Assembly (NCBI RefSeq): GCF_018977255.1 | Contig: NW_024704742.1 | Location: 62,374,001 to 62,438,000, forward strand | DNA: 64,000 nt | Direction of reading: 5' to 3' | Source: Callorhinchus milii | Lineage: Eukaryota | Shown here: positions 25,067 to 39,204 of the stretch, one piece after another | Numbering within the stretch: the stretch's first letter is position 1 | Layout of the letters: each line of letters begins with the position of its first letter | The notes under the pieces: generated by a model | The model's database searches: none | What the model was told of the DNA's origin: nothing | The model's input: only the letters and a program-made list of their open reading frames with translations | Position numbers and translations under genes: made by a program

Positions 25067-27315
25067 CTAGAAAAAGGAGGAAGAAAAAAAGACAAGGTGT
25101 CCAGATGTTGAAATAGTATAGTAGATAAAATAATCTGGATTTTAACTGGCGTTTACTGAAAATTTTGACAGTATTTCCTTTCTGGATCAGTTTTACTCTC
25201 AGCTCTCAGCAATCAAACATGCAGAATGTACAATTTTCTTATTGTGGTATTTGTTATGGAAATAAAATAGAAGTCCACTAGAGTGTGGTAGTTGTGTGTG
25301 TGTGTGGGGGGGTGTGGGGGTGGGGGGGGGGGGGGGGGAGGGGGGAGGGAGTAGGTCATAAAATCACAACCAGCTTTATAACAGGGCACAATTACTGGTC
25401 AGTATTTCTTTGTTGTGATGTTACTGATCAGTGTGATGTCATTCCGCAGGAAGTGACATCGCTCAAGATCTGATGATCCAGAAGTTGGCTATTATGAAGG
25501 AAGGAAGACTATTTTTGCCATCATTTTCCCTCACGCTCCCGAATAATTTGTCTGAATCAGAAACCCAGAAACTAATCCCATTGCCTCCCAATGCTACATC
25601 ATCTGCTCCAGGAGCATGCATTCCATTTTATTTATATGAATATTTCCACAAACAAACTTTACAACTTGGGCTGAACTGTTGATGGTAATGCAGCATTTTC
25701 ATTTTCAAAAATAATTCTGCATTCAACTTTTCCAAAGTTCTTAAGGAGTCAAGGACGTTTCTGTATTGCAAGTTACGCTTGTATGTATGTTGTCAATATG
25801 GTTCATCATCTGCTTGCTTTACCCCTCCATATTTGCAAGCTTTCCATCAACCACAATCGTAGTGATTTCCAATGTCACGCAGACCTTCATCCTCCATCAC
25901 ATTCCTGTCAGCAAGAGAATTTCTTACCCATTACCTCCTTTATCTTAATAAGCACGGGCAGAGCCTTGAGGTCAGTATCTTTAATGAGACAGATGACAGA
26001 AGATGACTAAGATGGAGCCCTTTGTGACATGACTATCTCCCAAAAATCTGTTCCTTGAACAAAATACAATGGGGCAATTTAGCATCTGAACTCTGTGTGC
26101 TGTTACCATGGCTCCTTTCAGACACCAGACAAGGAGGTGAGGCCTGCATTTCAATATCAGTGCACAAAATGACAGAGCACGTGAAAATAGAATAATCAAG
26201 TCTCAGCTGACGGCAGGCTTTTGACAGGCACAGTAAATAGCAGTTTGACTGCACCTGATATCTTCCCGATTCAATAATGCTCCCCCACATCTGTCCTAAA
26301 TTATAGTAAAGAGAGGAAAGGTGTGTACAACTAAACTTGAGGTTCATCCATTTTTTTAAAAAAGAAGCAGATTAGATTTCAGGTAAAATAAATGGTTGAT
26401 ATGAAGGAACGTTAAATTAAAATTACTTTGCTACCATAATAAATTGTTGTCAAACCATACTGTCATGCAGGTCGACTTCTGGTATGCATTTATCTATATT
26501 TGTGTGTGTTTAAATATTTTTGTGTGTGTACAGTATGTGTGTATCTATATTTATGTGTTTATGTGTGTGTTTTTATATAATAAAAATAATCTTTGCATTT
26601 AATACAGCTCCTTAAAATTGCAAAGAGCATTTTCCGTCATACAAAGGACAGATACTGGGATACTTTCTTTACTCAGAGAACAATTATTGACTGGAACAGG
26701 TTGCCATGAAAGATGGGTGATAGGAAGACGGCAGAGTGGGTGTTCTGGAGGGATGAGATCAAATGGGCCGAATCTTGTGGCCTTGTGACGCCAGTAATTG
26801 GGAAAGGAGGGCGGGCGGTTAGTGGATGGCTGCTTTGTGTATGCTGCTTGCCTTAATCCAGGCAGGTTGGTTGAGATCAAGACCTTTCATGGGAAACTGT
26901 GGGACATGAATCTATATCAACACCTCTCTGGCATGCAGGACAGACACAGTGACAGTCATGAGATGCATTTGTTTGCACATGAGCACACACACAATCCTGT
27001 ATTCAGTCATATGCAATATTAGCAGTGTATTTCCAGTCTGATCCATTCCATAAAATATAATGTTGCACTTTGCATAATCAAACTTGCTATAGCTGAGAAT
27101 AACAAGCTTTCATTTCTCACTCACTATTGAAAGAGAAGCATGCGATTGAAACCAAATAACAGAAAAGGCACTATTCTAAGGATATTTAAAGAATATGATC
27201 CCTTCCAATAATGCAAATCCTGCTGCTTTGTCCTCAACAATCAGGAATTCTCATTGGGACAACTAAATATGTTTTTAAGGACTTGTGAGCCAAGACTTCT
27301 CCAATGTCAATCTAC

Positions 27316-27433
27316 CTTGAATGAAATTTCATACTGCTCTCCTCCCCAGATCTCCAGGCCTGGATCGTAGCCACCTAGCTCCCAGAACCATTGTCGATCC
27401 ACAGCAAATAGGCCTCCAGCCATAACAGGTGAT
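27316..27433 (-). CDS. GALNTL6: GALNTL6 coding exon, 118 nt; Gal/GalNAc-T motif
   Basis: ctttcag|ATCACCT...TTCAAG|gtagat. Encodes [39 protein letters not shown]. Confidence 0.96.
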
Positions 27434-29429
27434 CTGAAAGATAACACACAATAGCAAATGGAATACATTGGCACGTTCGTTTGGAGGCGTTTCAAGATAT
27501 TCAGCCTCACCACACAGGAACAGGAAACTCACAAGGAGGACAAGCCCTTGGCTGCTATTTGAGAAGGCAGTGAGATAATGGCAGTGAGACATGTTTAAAA
27601 TTAATAGATGACAGCGGTGAGACAAAAATAGTGCCAGAGGATATATTGATTTTCATATTGAAAGTTTTACAGTGAACATCAATCAATTATAATAATAATA
27701 ATGCTTTATACATTACAATGCTTCTACATGATATAGCGCCTTAAGATATTATCGAGATGTCTCAAAGCACTTCGCAGGATATACTGCAAAGTGTAGTGAC
27801 TATATATTGTGCAGGTGAATGCCGCAGCCAATTTGTGCACAAAAATCTGAGGAATTGTTGGCCAGGATACAAGGAGAAACTCCCTCCTCTTTCTAAATAT
27901 GCCATGGAATCTTTAATGTCCACTTTATCTTAATATTTATGACTGTCTCAGCAGCCTTCTGCCTTCCTCAACCACTGTGATTATAGTGAGAAGAAAGAAG
28001 AAGCAGTGCTTTAACCCACTAAAAGGAACTCTTACTTTTAGCTAAAAAAGGTATCAAAGTTGGTAATAAATAATAATAATAACCTTGTATTTGATATCGC
28101 GCCTTTCATGTCAGGAGGATGTTGTAAATCAATTCACAGGATCCAAGGTAGAATGTAGTGACTGTGTATTTTTGTAGGTGAACATGGAAGTCAATTTTGT
28201 GTACAATAATGCCCCAACAAACAGCCACGAAGTGAAGTGATATGGTACCGGCTGGGGGCTTAATGGTTTTATAGTTAGCGCCTACTCTCTTGAACTGCAT
28301 TCCCAGGTCCCTCAGACTTGCTCCCTCTCTCCCTCAGCTCTTCCAAGGTACATGTCAAAATGTACATCTTTGACTGTACTTTTGGTCCCACTCCTCACAT
28401 GTTACCACTCCTCATCCCCTCAGCTCCCACCCTCAGTTCTGCAGTCCAGCCAGAATTGTCAAACACTTTGGGAGGTTGTCCTCCTGATGTGAAAGCACTA
28501 TACAAGTTAAACTGTGGTGTAGAAACATGAAAGGCTCATTACAAGTCGATTAATTTCTGTATTTGTTGGTGGTTAAATATAAAGCAGAGTGCAATGTGAT
28601 GCATGAGAAAGGTAACTGGAGTCTGTCGTGTGTAAATGTGAAGCTGTTTTAGCTGGGCATGGAAAATTACAGATAAATGCATCATTACGTGTGTAATATT
28701 TTATTACTGATTAATCCAGCACTCCTGTAGCAGGAGTCAGTGGCAATCTATTGACAGCAGTTTCTGTCATTTCTGCAGAAAGATCGAGGAACAACTGGAA
28801 GAGTGGAAGGTCTGAGTGGGAGAATAGGTGTAGATGAGATTACAAAGGTAGGAGGGACAAGGTAATGCAGAGCTTTAAAAGTCAGGTTGACCTTGAAGTT
28901 GATCTGCTCGGTTATTGCTAGCCAGCGGAGCCTGATGAGGATGAGGCCAGGCCTCCCCAGATCTCATTAAAACAACAGAGTGATCAGACATATTTCAGGA
29001 GGTACATAGTGTGTGTGTGCGTGTGTTTGTGGTGGGGTGGGGGTAGACTGCCAGGGAGATGAATTGGAAATTCATTTTAGGAACACAGCCAGATCAGTGT
29101 GAAGAGAGAGATTGTGCATTAGCGGCATTGAGATTTTAAAGGACATCAGGTTCGAGGTGTCAGTGACAATGAGGGAGGAGTGAGAGAAATTGATGAACTT
29201 CAACGAATAAATTAACTTAAGGATTGAGACATTGCTGCCTTGGTGGAAAATCAGGTAAGACTGTGGGCTCAAAATCCCGACATGAAGCTTCAGCCCACAA
29301 CCTTTTGACCGAGAGGTGAGAGTGCTACCAACTAGGCCAAGCTGCCGTTTAGTACTGATAAGAGAGAAGCACCACTGGTGTAAACAATTCATCTACAGAA
29401 TCTTGTTGGCAAAAATCTACAAAAGTCTC

Positions 29430-29842
29430 GTAGAAAAAAAGTCAGGTCTTGAAGGAGGCAATGGAGGGGCCGAGCTGGAGGGACAGTGGAATGGAGTTCC
29501 AGAGGGTGGGGGCAGAGAGGCTGAAGGCTGCCTCCAATAATAGGATGGGTGAGTCGGAGGATGTGAAGCAGGCTGGAGCCCGCCGAGTGGGGGGAGTGGC
29601 CAGGTAGGTAGGGGGTTAGGAGATCACAAAAGTTAGGGAGGAGCGAGGCCATGGAGGGCTTTGAAGGTGAGGACCAGGATCTTGAATTGTATTCTTTGTG
29701 TGATGGAAAGCTAGTGGAGCTGGGAGAGGATGGGGGTGATAGGGTCACGGAGCCTGGTGTGGGAGAGGACACGAGCTGCAGAGTTCTGGATGATCTGTAG
29801 CCTATGGAGGGAGGAGTTGGGGAGGCTGACAGACAGGGAGTT
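29430..29842 (-). mobile_element. L2 LINE 3' fragment
   Basis: Reverse complement of the L2 ORF2 C-terminal region (cagatcatccagaactctgcagctcgtgtcctctccc). Confidence 0.85.
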
Positions 29843-29894
29843 GTGTGCTAGAGCCTGGATTGGGCTCAGAGAGTTGTAGGTTCAGCATCCACGG

Positions 29895-30680
29895 ATGCAC
29901 GATCGACCTCACCAAGCCAGTCAGGAACTTAGGCGTCTTGTTCGACCCTCAACTGTCCATTTTTCCCCACATCTGTGCCGTAACCTGCGCTGCCTTCCCC
30001 CACCTCTGCAACATTGCCTGACTCTGCCACTGCCTCACCCCTCAGGCCGAGGAAACTTTCATACACGCCTTCATTACAAACAGGCTCGACGGTGCCAACT
30101 CTCTGCTTGTCGGCCTCCCCAACTCTTCCCTCCACAAGTTGCAGATCATCCAGAACTCTGCAGCTCGTGTCCTCTCCTGCACCAGGCTCCGTGACCCCAT
30201 CACGCCCACCCTAGCCCGGCTCCACTGGATCCCCATGCCTCAGAGGAAAGAGTTCAAAATTCTCATCCTCACCTTCAAGGACCTCCATGGCCTTTCCCCC
30301 TCCTACCTCTCTCTGAATTGTTAACCCTTATCAACCTGTCCGCTCGCTCTACTCAGCAGGCTTTGGCCTGCTCCATGTCCCCTGCTGGGCCCGTCCCACC
30401 ATTGGCGGTCAGGCCTTCAGGCTCTCTGCCCCCACTCTCTGGAACTCCATCCCACATTCTCTTTGTCTCGCTCCCTCCCTTGCCTCCTTCAAGGCACACC
30501 TCAAGACCCTCCTCTTTGATCATGCCTTTGGCCACCCTCCTACCCTCTCTGCCCTCCACCCTCCTGATACCAACCCTCCGCCCCACCCCAGCTCGGGTCC
30601 TAATCCCTGACTGTTCAGCACCTTGGGGCATCCTCCCGACATGAAAGATGCTTTGCAAATGTAATTTTGTATTGTATTAT
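29895..30680 (+). mobile_element. L2 LINE 3' fragment
   Basis: Encodes QIIQNSAARVLSCTRLRDPITPTLARLHWIPMPQRKEFKILILTFK; followed by the 3' UTR and tail. Confidence 0.88.
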
Positions 30681-32399
30681 CAAGCCACGAGCCAGCTCCT
30701 TGCAAATTGGCTGCCACATTCACCTATAAAAGTACAATTATTATACTTCAAAATGAATCCTCTGAAGTGTTTTAAAACTTCCTTCTGAAGTGAACAGCAG
30801 TACATCAAATGCAAGGGTTATTATTCATAATACAAAAACTGCTCCTCAAAGACAATTTGAAAGAAAAGTGGTAAATGGGAGAACCTTGTCATGGTTGGTA
30901 GGAACTATTAAGTTGTCTGCAATAGAGAAATGAAGCACAGAAAAAAAAAGGAACAAACAAAAACCTATAAAATGAAGAATGAATTATCACTCCAGGCAGC
31001 TAAATACTCCAAGAATTGCCACCAGCATCATGCTGCCAGTAACCACTTTAAATTCAACTTCCTTTCTGCCGAGTAGATCCATATCAACATCAAATGCAAC
31101 ATTTTGACCTAGCCTGCAAAATAACAGATGTTGCAGAGTCACATTCCTGCTTGTGTTTCTATGAATGAATTATCTGCCTGTAGTAATGTTTCATTGCAGC
31201 ATATTGTTTTCAATTAAATTTTGCAACATGCGATAAACTGATTCAATAGATCAGTTGTTTTGCCTTGAAACTTACCAGGCCATTGGATGCCGTGTTCGCC
31301 TACAAAACACGCAGTCACGACAATCTACAATTAATCCCGTGAAGCGCTGTAAGACATCCTCCCACTATGAAAGGCGCTATATCAAATGCAACAATTATTA
31401 TTCATATTCATTGGGAAAATGCCAGCCTTGAAAACAATGTTTCTCTCCCGCAGAAACCCTGTGTAAAATCACACTGATCCGCAAAAGCTCAGCTCCAAGG
31501 TGAGAGTTAAATTTGTTTTGCCTCCAGATGCTTAGAATGGGAACAATATCTGTATTGGAATCTGCTTGACTTGCCACTGGTGGCAAGCGCACAGCTGGCA
31601 AAGAGACAGTCAAGGTTGAGAAGGATGTACTTTTGTTCATTTTGACACTTAACAGATTAGCCTAACATCCTCCCCATTCATGGTAAAACTTTGACCCAGT
31701 AACTGGGTATCTCTACCATCTGGATTGCCCTGAGTCAATTTAATGTCGATTAATAAGGCTGTAATTAGAAAATCACTTGGTAACTGGAGTTTAGTATTAA
31801 TTCATACCAATACATTTAGAATTATATTTCCTGTTGACCAATCACGTTATTAATATTATAGTAATTAATCTTTAATAAGTATATTCTGTTGCCTGCACTG
31901 CAGTAAAGAGCAGACTATCCATGTACAAAAGCTTTATAATTACATTCCAGCTTAAGCATTTAAATGTATAATCTTGTAATGTAACAAACCAGGAATTTAG
32001 ATATTAACACTGAATCACGAATGAATACAAAGCCTATTTACTTTGTTCATATTTGCTGGATGTCTCAATATCCTGAAATGATGTATGGCACATTGCAATT
32101 TCTGAGCTAACAAGGCATTAAAGAACTCCTGCTTGCTGAGTGACAAAATGTTTGCGCTACTCACAGAACTGTTTCTTGCTGAGAACAATTAAGAACTGAG
32201 ATACATATTTACACACTGTATATAGGTATTGTACCTCGCATTTTTCAATGGTTTTAGTCGGTCACGAAGAGTAATTGCTCTTGTTCACAAAAATTGGATT
32301 TTCAAACTATCTGTGTAGAATAGTTAGTATATTTCACATTAGCTTTTTTTCCGCCAATATGACTGTTTGATATGTTAAACAGGCCAGTCACTTTTTATG

Positions 32400-32665
32400 C
32401 AACATCTTGTCAAAAAGGGAGAGTTAACGAGAATTTTTTGTTGTAGTGCAGAGGTTTATTAGGACATGCCCTACTTAAAAGCAATGATTAAAGCAGAATC
32501 TGTAGTAGCTTTTAAAAGAGAATTAGACAAATAGTGAAAAGGAAAACTATAAAAAGGGAGGGGGAAAAGATAAGGGAGTGGCACTATGGTAGGTCTTTCA
32601 GAGAGCTGGCACAGTCATGCTGGGCCGAATGGCCTCCTTCTGTACTGTAAACTTATGTTTCTATA
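32400..32665 (+). mobile_element. CR1-clade LINE 3' end
   Basis: ttttaaaagagaattagacaaat...gggccgaatggcctccttctgtactgtaaa, a typical CR1 3' terminus. Confidence 0.75.
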
Positions 32666-35600
32666 CAAACAAACTGCTTTTACCTAGCATTTGACTGACA
32701 ACCAACTGCGCCATTGATAAGCGCTCTGAGATATGACACCAGGTGAAGGACACTATATAAATGTAAATTGTTGATGTTTACCTAGTCTTAAGAAGCTACA
32801 TTTTTTCTTTAAGAAAATAGAATTGCAATTGAGCCTTTGGTTCATGAAGGTTTCTCCTTCCATTATCCATGCAAAGTCGAGCCTATCAAAGACCCGGCCA
32901 CTTTATCTCCTACTGCAAAATTCTGCACACTTAATCCCTAATCCCGAAACTAATAAATACCCATTTATTCCCATATCTCCAACCGTCTTCCATCCACAGA
33001 TATATTAACCTCTCCCTCCTTCCCTCATCAACTTCAGAAATGCTGGGCAATCAACCTATTGCATTCCTTAGAATGGCCTAACCTCATCCCAATTCACCAA
33101 GAAACAGGTTAACCGGTTATTCATATCTCTGCTGTTTTATTGGATGTTACTAGTGTAGATCAGACTGTCATGTTTGTCTGGCAAACAATTCCTGCATCTC
33201 TAAGTGAACTTCTTAGAAATGTTTTGATGTGATAAGCCGCTACAATAACCACGCATATTGTTATTTTATTCAACCTGATCTGCAAAAAGTCATTCAATTG
33301 AAAAAGTGTACATCTTGAAAACTATAAGATTTGTTGGCATCAATTACTAGTTTATTTCCCCCTAATTAACTAAACTAATCCTCCCCAATTTCAATTTGTA
33401 CAAAGCAATGCCCAACAACCAGCCATGAAGTGAATGACCAATTCCTATTGGCAGTATTGGCTAAGTCATAAGAAGAAACTTCCTTCTTCTTTTGAATAAT
33501 TTGAATAAACACACAGTGACTGCAGTTTACAGTATATCTCTCGAAGTGCTTTAGGACGTCCTTCAGCTCTAATGTTATTTATTTCCCCATCGCAGTGATT
33601 GAGCTGCAAACTTGTTGAATTATACAGACACAGAATTATGTAGAATGATACAGCATGGAATCAGGCCATTCAACAACAACAACAAAATTACATTTATTTG
33701 AGTGCCTTTCACGCCGGGAGGACGTCCCAAGGCACTGGTCAGTCAGGGGTCAGGACCCGAGCATGGGGGAGGGGTGGGGTAGGGGTGAGGGAAGGCAGAG
33801 AGGTGGGAGGGCGACTGAAGGCACGATCGAAGAAGAGGGTCTTGAGACCGGCCTTGAAGGAACCAAGGGAGGAATCGTAGCATTCAGTCTGTGTAGTCTG
33901 TAGTGGTGTGTGTACTTCACATGAGCCTCCATCCCTCCACACTGGAAAAGTAGCATTTTGTGGATGTAAGTTAAGTGTAAAGCGTTTTGGATGGTTGAGC
34001 TGTTGAAACTTTTAAAACTTTCCCCTTCAAACTTCAGCCTGAGGAGAAGGAGTAGCTGAGGATCCTAAAATCTAAATAGAAATCGAAAAAGTTTACAGTA
34101 AAACACAAAATACACAAGTAGTATCTGGTGACTTTGGCATAAGTAACTGCAGTAGACTTCCTTGAAAAGCTTCAGCTGGAGTCAGAATATTGCTGAAATC
34201 GCCATCTTGCAGCAACGCCTTTGACAATCTCACAGTGGCAAATATTGCTGGAGACAGCAGCCCTACACTGGGCAATGGGAGTTTGCCAAGCTACAAATGA
34301 CTTGCCTTGTGCATCGCTGCTGAGCTGAGATTTCAAATCAGCCCTCTGATCAACCCTGTGGCCACGTCTGCCACAACCATCTCCACACTTAAGACACATA
34401 AAGAGGGAAAGGAGGTAATTATAATATTTCATTTACTTCAAATCACCGGGGATTAATACAGATGCCCAAAGCAATTACTCGGTGCTACAGGACGTCTTAA
34501 ATCCGTGGCGGTTCACATCCAAACCACATTGGAGAGGTCAGAGTGTCATCACTGGGCAGTAATTTCCACTAAACTACTATAATTAGGTTGTGAAAAGACT
34601 GCAAATAAGAGGAAGAGAGAAGTCAGCTGTTAATGCCGATAGCAATTTGCTGCTCAGTAATAAGCTGCAGCCCTAGTTCCAGCCTATTTATTAAAGCATT
34701 GCAATATACAATGTTACCTAATTATGGAGCCTAATTGAAAGGTGCACACGTAACTGTAATGAAATTAGACTTTCTTGCTGACAACAAGAGGAACAAGACT
34801 GTTTTTTTTGTAAGAACCACAAAATCTATTTCTCTACCTTTCTCTTCTCATCCCCCTAGTAACCACCCCTCTCCCTGTCACACTCTGACATTGGTTACAA
34901 CTCGCTCAGCTCAGCATCCTGGTAGTGCTTCATGCCTATTTTCCTTTCTCCGAATCAACCCACTGTTCTCGCAAGGAAACCACTTATATTTTCTTGAGAG
35001 CATTTTAGTGCCCCGCAATCCCTTCATGCCGCCCACCCGCTGACCACCGTGGGAATTAAAATGACAAATGGCTTTCTGCTGTGGGCAAAGGGTCAATTTC
35101 TTCATTGGAAATGATTTCTCTCCTCTTCCGCTGAGCGGGAGGGGAATCACCCAGTGGTTGTGGTCCTTCAGCCTGTCTTCCAGTAATCAGAAATGACTTC
35201 TGTGCTCATCTGAGAGCAGATTCCTATAGACAACACTGCGGTCTATCAAGTCTAATCTAATGTCCCCAAACAATACTCAAGCTGCTACATCAATAAGCTG
35301 GAGAGCTGAGCACGGACACTGGATACCAAACTGGATTTCAATACTACATGTATAACACAGACAGAAAAAAAGTGCATTTTTGACTGTGCCAGTACTTTTT
35401 CTGCCCTGAGGCTATTTATTTTGTCCCCTTTTTCCTTCTCTGGGGTCTCAGTTCTCTGGGCATTGAATTGATTTGAGTTGAAATCAGCCTGAGTTCTGTG
35501 AGCTGGCAATAGAAAGGGCCTGATCTGTAAGGAGACCAGTTCATTGGAGCCATAGGCTGGCTGAATAGTTGGGGTGGGTTGTGGGCGGTTAACCTGTGGA

Positions 35601-36759
35601 CAGACATTGAGGGGAGCAGAATTTCCAGCGATATGTTAATATCATTAAACATAAAATACAATTTGCATTTATAAGTGGCTTTCACAACAGGAAAATGTCT
35701 CAAAGCGCTTCACACTTATGACTGACAACTGAGCTGGGTTGGGAGGGGTGGAAAGATGATAATAGCATATTCGAAGAATTAAATTTTGAGCCAAGCTTTA
35801 AACATTGGGAGGGAATTGGGGGAACTTTGGGATAGATTTCCAGAAAGCTGGGGGCAGAAGAACTGAAATCTCACACTGAATGTTGCAATTCCACTTTATT
35901 AATAACAACAATAATAATTGTAATCCTAACATATGGTATAGAGCTTTCACATCGGAAGGACGTCTCAAAGCACTTCACAGGATATATTGTAAAGTATTTT
36001 GTGGGTGAAAGTGGCAACCAATTTGCCCATCGGAATGACCCACCAACAGCGTCAATTTTAATTTGTCTTAAAAAAAATATTGGAGCAATTCTCATTGTCG
36101 AACGTTTCATTGAGTGAAGATAGGATTGCTCAGTCATTATCTCTATGATCAGAGAATTATCAGGCCCTGAGGACTCTTCTCTCCCTTTTTCACTCTCTGA
36201 TCCAAAAGTGTGACTACCATTTCCAAGAACAACAATAACAACTTTCATTTATTTATTTGCCTCATGCGAGCAGTATTTTGAAACACTTAACAATGGCAGA
36301 GATTGACTCTGAACTGGGGAGGTGACCGTAGGTCAAAGAGCAATGTCTTCCAAAACAATCTTCAGTTAAAATTATCCTGTACATCTGTAAAACATATTCT
36401 AATGGTTACTTCTATTGTACTGTTAAAAATCTAAATAGAGCCTATATATACGTGCCAATGGATTGAATTTTGGGCGGTTGTCTCCTCAGCCATTAGCTAC
36501 CTTCACCCACTATCTTGCCCCTGTCCTCAGTAACTCTGGTCTAATATCACTATGCTGTGTTGGCCTCCACAGTTTCACCCTGTGTGACCTCCTGAGACCC
36601 CTGCTGCTCCCCCTGCTCAGTGAACACCAGCCTGCTTCACTTCCCCGCCGATCCAACGTAGCGTTGGTGAGTGGACTTTCAGCCATACTGCCCCCGCTAT
36701 CCCCATCAAAGTTCACCTTAAGATCTGTCTTTTCCACCGTGCTTTCAGTCACTTCCTCT

Positions 36760-37154
36760 CCCCCAGCTCTCTCTCCCCCTCCCCCAGCTCTCTCTCCCCC
36801 TCCCCCAGCTCTCTCTCCCCCTCCCCCAGCTCTCTCTCCCCCTCCCCCAGCTCTCTCTCTCCCCCTCCCCCAGGGAGGGTCTCTCTCTCCCCCTCCCCCA
36901 GCTCTCTCTCCCCCTCCCCCAGCTCTCTCTCCCCCTTCCCCCAGCTCTCTCTCCCCCTCCCCCAGCTCTCTCTCCCCCCTCCCCCAGCTCTCTCTCCCCC
37001 TCCCCCAGCTCTCTCTCCCCCTCCCCCAGCTCTCTCTCCCCCTCCCCCAGCTCTCTCTCCCCCTCCCCCCAGCTCTCTCTCCCCCTCCCCCAGCTCTCTC
37101 TCCCCCTCCCCCAGCTCTCTCTCCCCCTCCCCCAGCTCTCTCTCCCCCTCCCCC
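36760..37154 (+). repeat. 21-bp pyrimidine-rich minisatellite (CCCCCAGCTCTCTCTCCCCCT)n, about 18 units
   Basis: Directly visible tandem array with a few variant units. Confidence 0.95.
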
Positions 37155-38639
37155 ATTATTCCCTCGGAAAAGCGATCTGCCAATTGACGAATGACCGGGT
37201 TCCTACTCTACTGCTAGGTAAACAGAGGCTTTTAAAATATATTGTTAAGTGGAATGACTGTGTATTTTGTGGGTGAAAAAGTATGCATCTTTGACTGTGC
37301 CTTCAATTAACAACTTTAAATCTCCCTTTACCCCGCTATCTGCTCCCTGCTATGTGTGTGAAACATTTTGAGACGTTACTTTATATGAAGGTTAGAATGC
37401 AAGTTATTATTAATAACTTATTCATGATTCATTACAATTAATTGTTTTATTTGTCATATTCATTATTGTTACAGATATTGTTACCTCCACTCAACCTCCC
37501 TGAGTTGTCTCTCAAACTCAGTGAACTAGTGTACAAACTTAGTTTGTGATGTTCAGTTCAATCCTCGGCTCTCCTTCCTTCCCTCATATGCTCCCTCACC
37601 AATACAACGTTTCATCACCTTTGCCACATTGCTCACCTCCACCCCTATCTCACACCAAATACCTCACCCACACCTTTGTGACCTTTTTTGCCAATCTCCT
37701 CACTTATCCATAAGCTCCAACTGATCCAACGCTCCACTGCCCACATCTTCATCTGCAATATACTCCACATGTCCCTCACCCAGTCCTTGTCAGGCTCCAC
37801 TGTCTCCCTGCCTCCCAACAGATCCTTTCCATTTCCTTTGCTCAGCAAACAATGATCTGCTTCATGTTCCCCATTCTACAACTCCCTCCACCTGCAGCGG
37901 AGGGGCTTTCATCCATTCTGACCCTGTTCTGGAACTCTATCCTGGAGTCCCTTTGACATGCTGCCTCCCTCTCTTGGTTAAGGCTAGTCTCAAAATGTAC
38001 AATTATCTTTCCCCTCGCCACCCCCTTTCAGCTCCCACTCACAGCTCGGGTACCCAGCTGACATTATCAAGAGATTTGAGATGTCCTCTCAACGTGAAAG
38101 ATGCTATATAAGTGGAAATTGTATTGTATTATACCCCTCCTTCCTCCCACAGGGATAAAACAACAACAACTTTCATTCGTACACTTTCATTAAGCACCCT
38201 GGGACGCTACCCAGCATGGGCAGTGCTATATAAATGCAAGTTGTTGTTATTCATATATTGGAGGATTGAACATGCTTGAACAGGTAAACAGAGACTCTGC
38301 TTCCATCGACTTCTCAACATCTGTAACTGAAATTCTTCTGCACAGACTGCAAGAATGGGGTATCATCTACAATTTTTAATATTCTTCTACTATTTCCACC
38401 CTATATATTGTATGTGTTAGGAGAACAACAGCAGTCTAGGGCAGACCCGGGGCATGATAGAAGCTATATGAAGCCAATTCACAAAGTATTGATATACTGT
38501 CCAATGTACCATTCCATCAATGTAACAAAATCAAATCTAGTGACTATCCACCTGGAGGTGGGGGAGGTAAGTGGGGTCTCCTTAGAGCTGAGGTGGCTTG
38601 CAACTGAATAATGCAATTGGGTCAATCCTGTGTGGCAGT

Positions 38640-38880
38640 CTCAGTGGTCCCAGTTTCTGAGTCAGGTGGGCCTGCTGTACTTCCAGGCACCTTAGCACTT
38701 GCTAACCTGCGCCCAATACTCGCTGGAGTGAGATAAGCAGGGCCCCTCTGGGGGAGTGTGCATTCCATTCCAGACACACTGAGAGTTCAGGTGTATGTGA
38801 CATACTTATGTGGAATTCTTCATCTGGTTTGGATACTCCTAAACATGGGTGATGGTTTCTGCAAGTGCTGGATGTCTGAC
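38640..38880 (-). repeat. Unclassified dispersed repeat, copy 3
   Basis: The reverse complement reads ...gagtatccaaaccagatgaagaattccacataagtatgtcacatacacctgaactctcagtgtgtctggaatggaatgcacactcccccagagg... Confidence 0.7.
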
Positions 38881-39204
38881 TGATCCAAAAACAAACATAT
38901 CAATGTCCCAGTATAGCAATATTACCAATGTGACAACAAGGCTGGGTGTTACCAGAGAATATCAGTTCCTGGTACAGTCAAGAAATAGTCTGCTCTGAAG
39001 GCTCACAAAGCATCCTCCTACCAATGGGGAAAATTGACATTACACTCTATCTGCTGCAGTACAATTGCATTGACTTCATATTTACTTTTATTACACAGGT
39101 TAATAACTGAGTGTGCACCAATCAGCACAGCCCATCAGCAACGAGATATCACTGACTCAGCAACTATAGGATTGCAAAAATCTCTGCCAGAGCAAATACG
39201 TTGT

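Noticed and set aside
36463..37194. 243-aa Pro/Ser/Leu-rich ORF and the antisense 144-aa Gly/Glu ORF
   Set aside because: These are read-throughs of the 21-bp minisatellite and a decayed L2 tail, with no other sign of coding.
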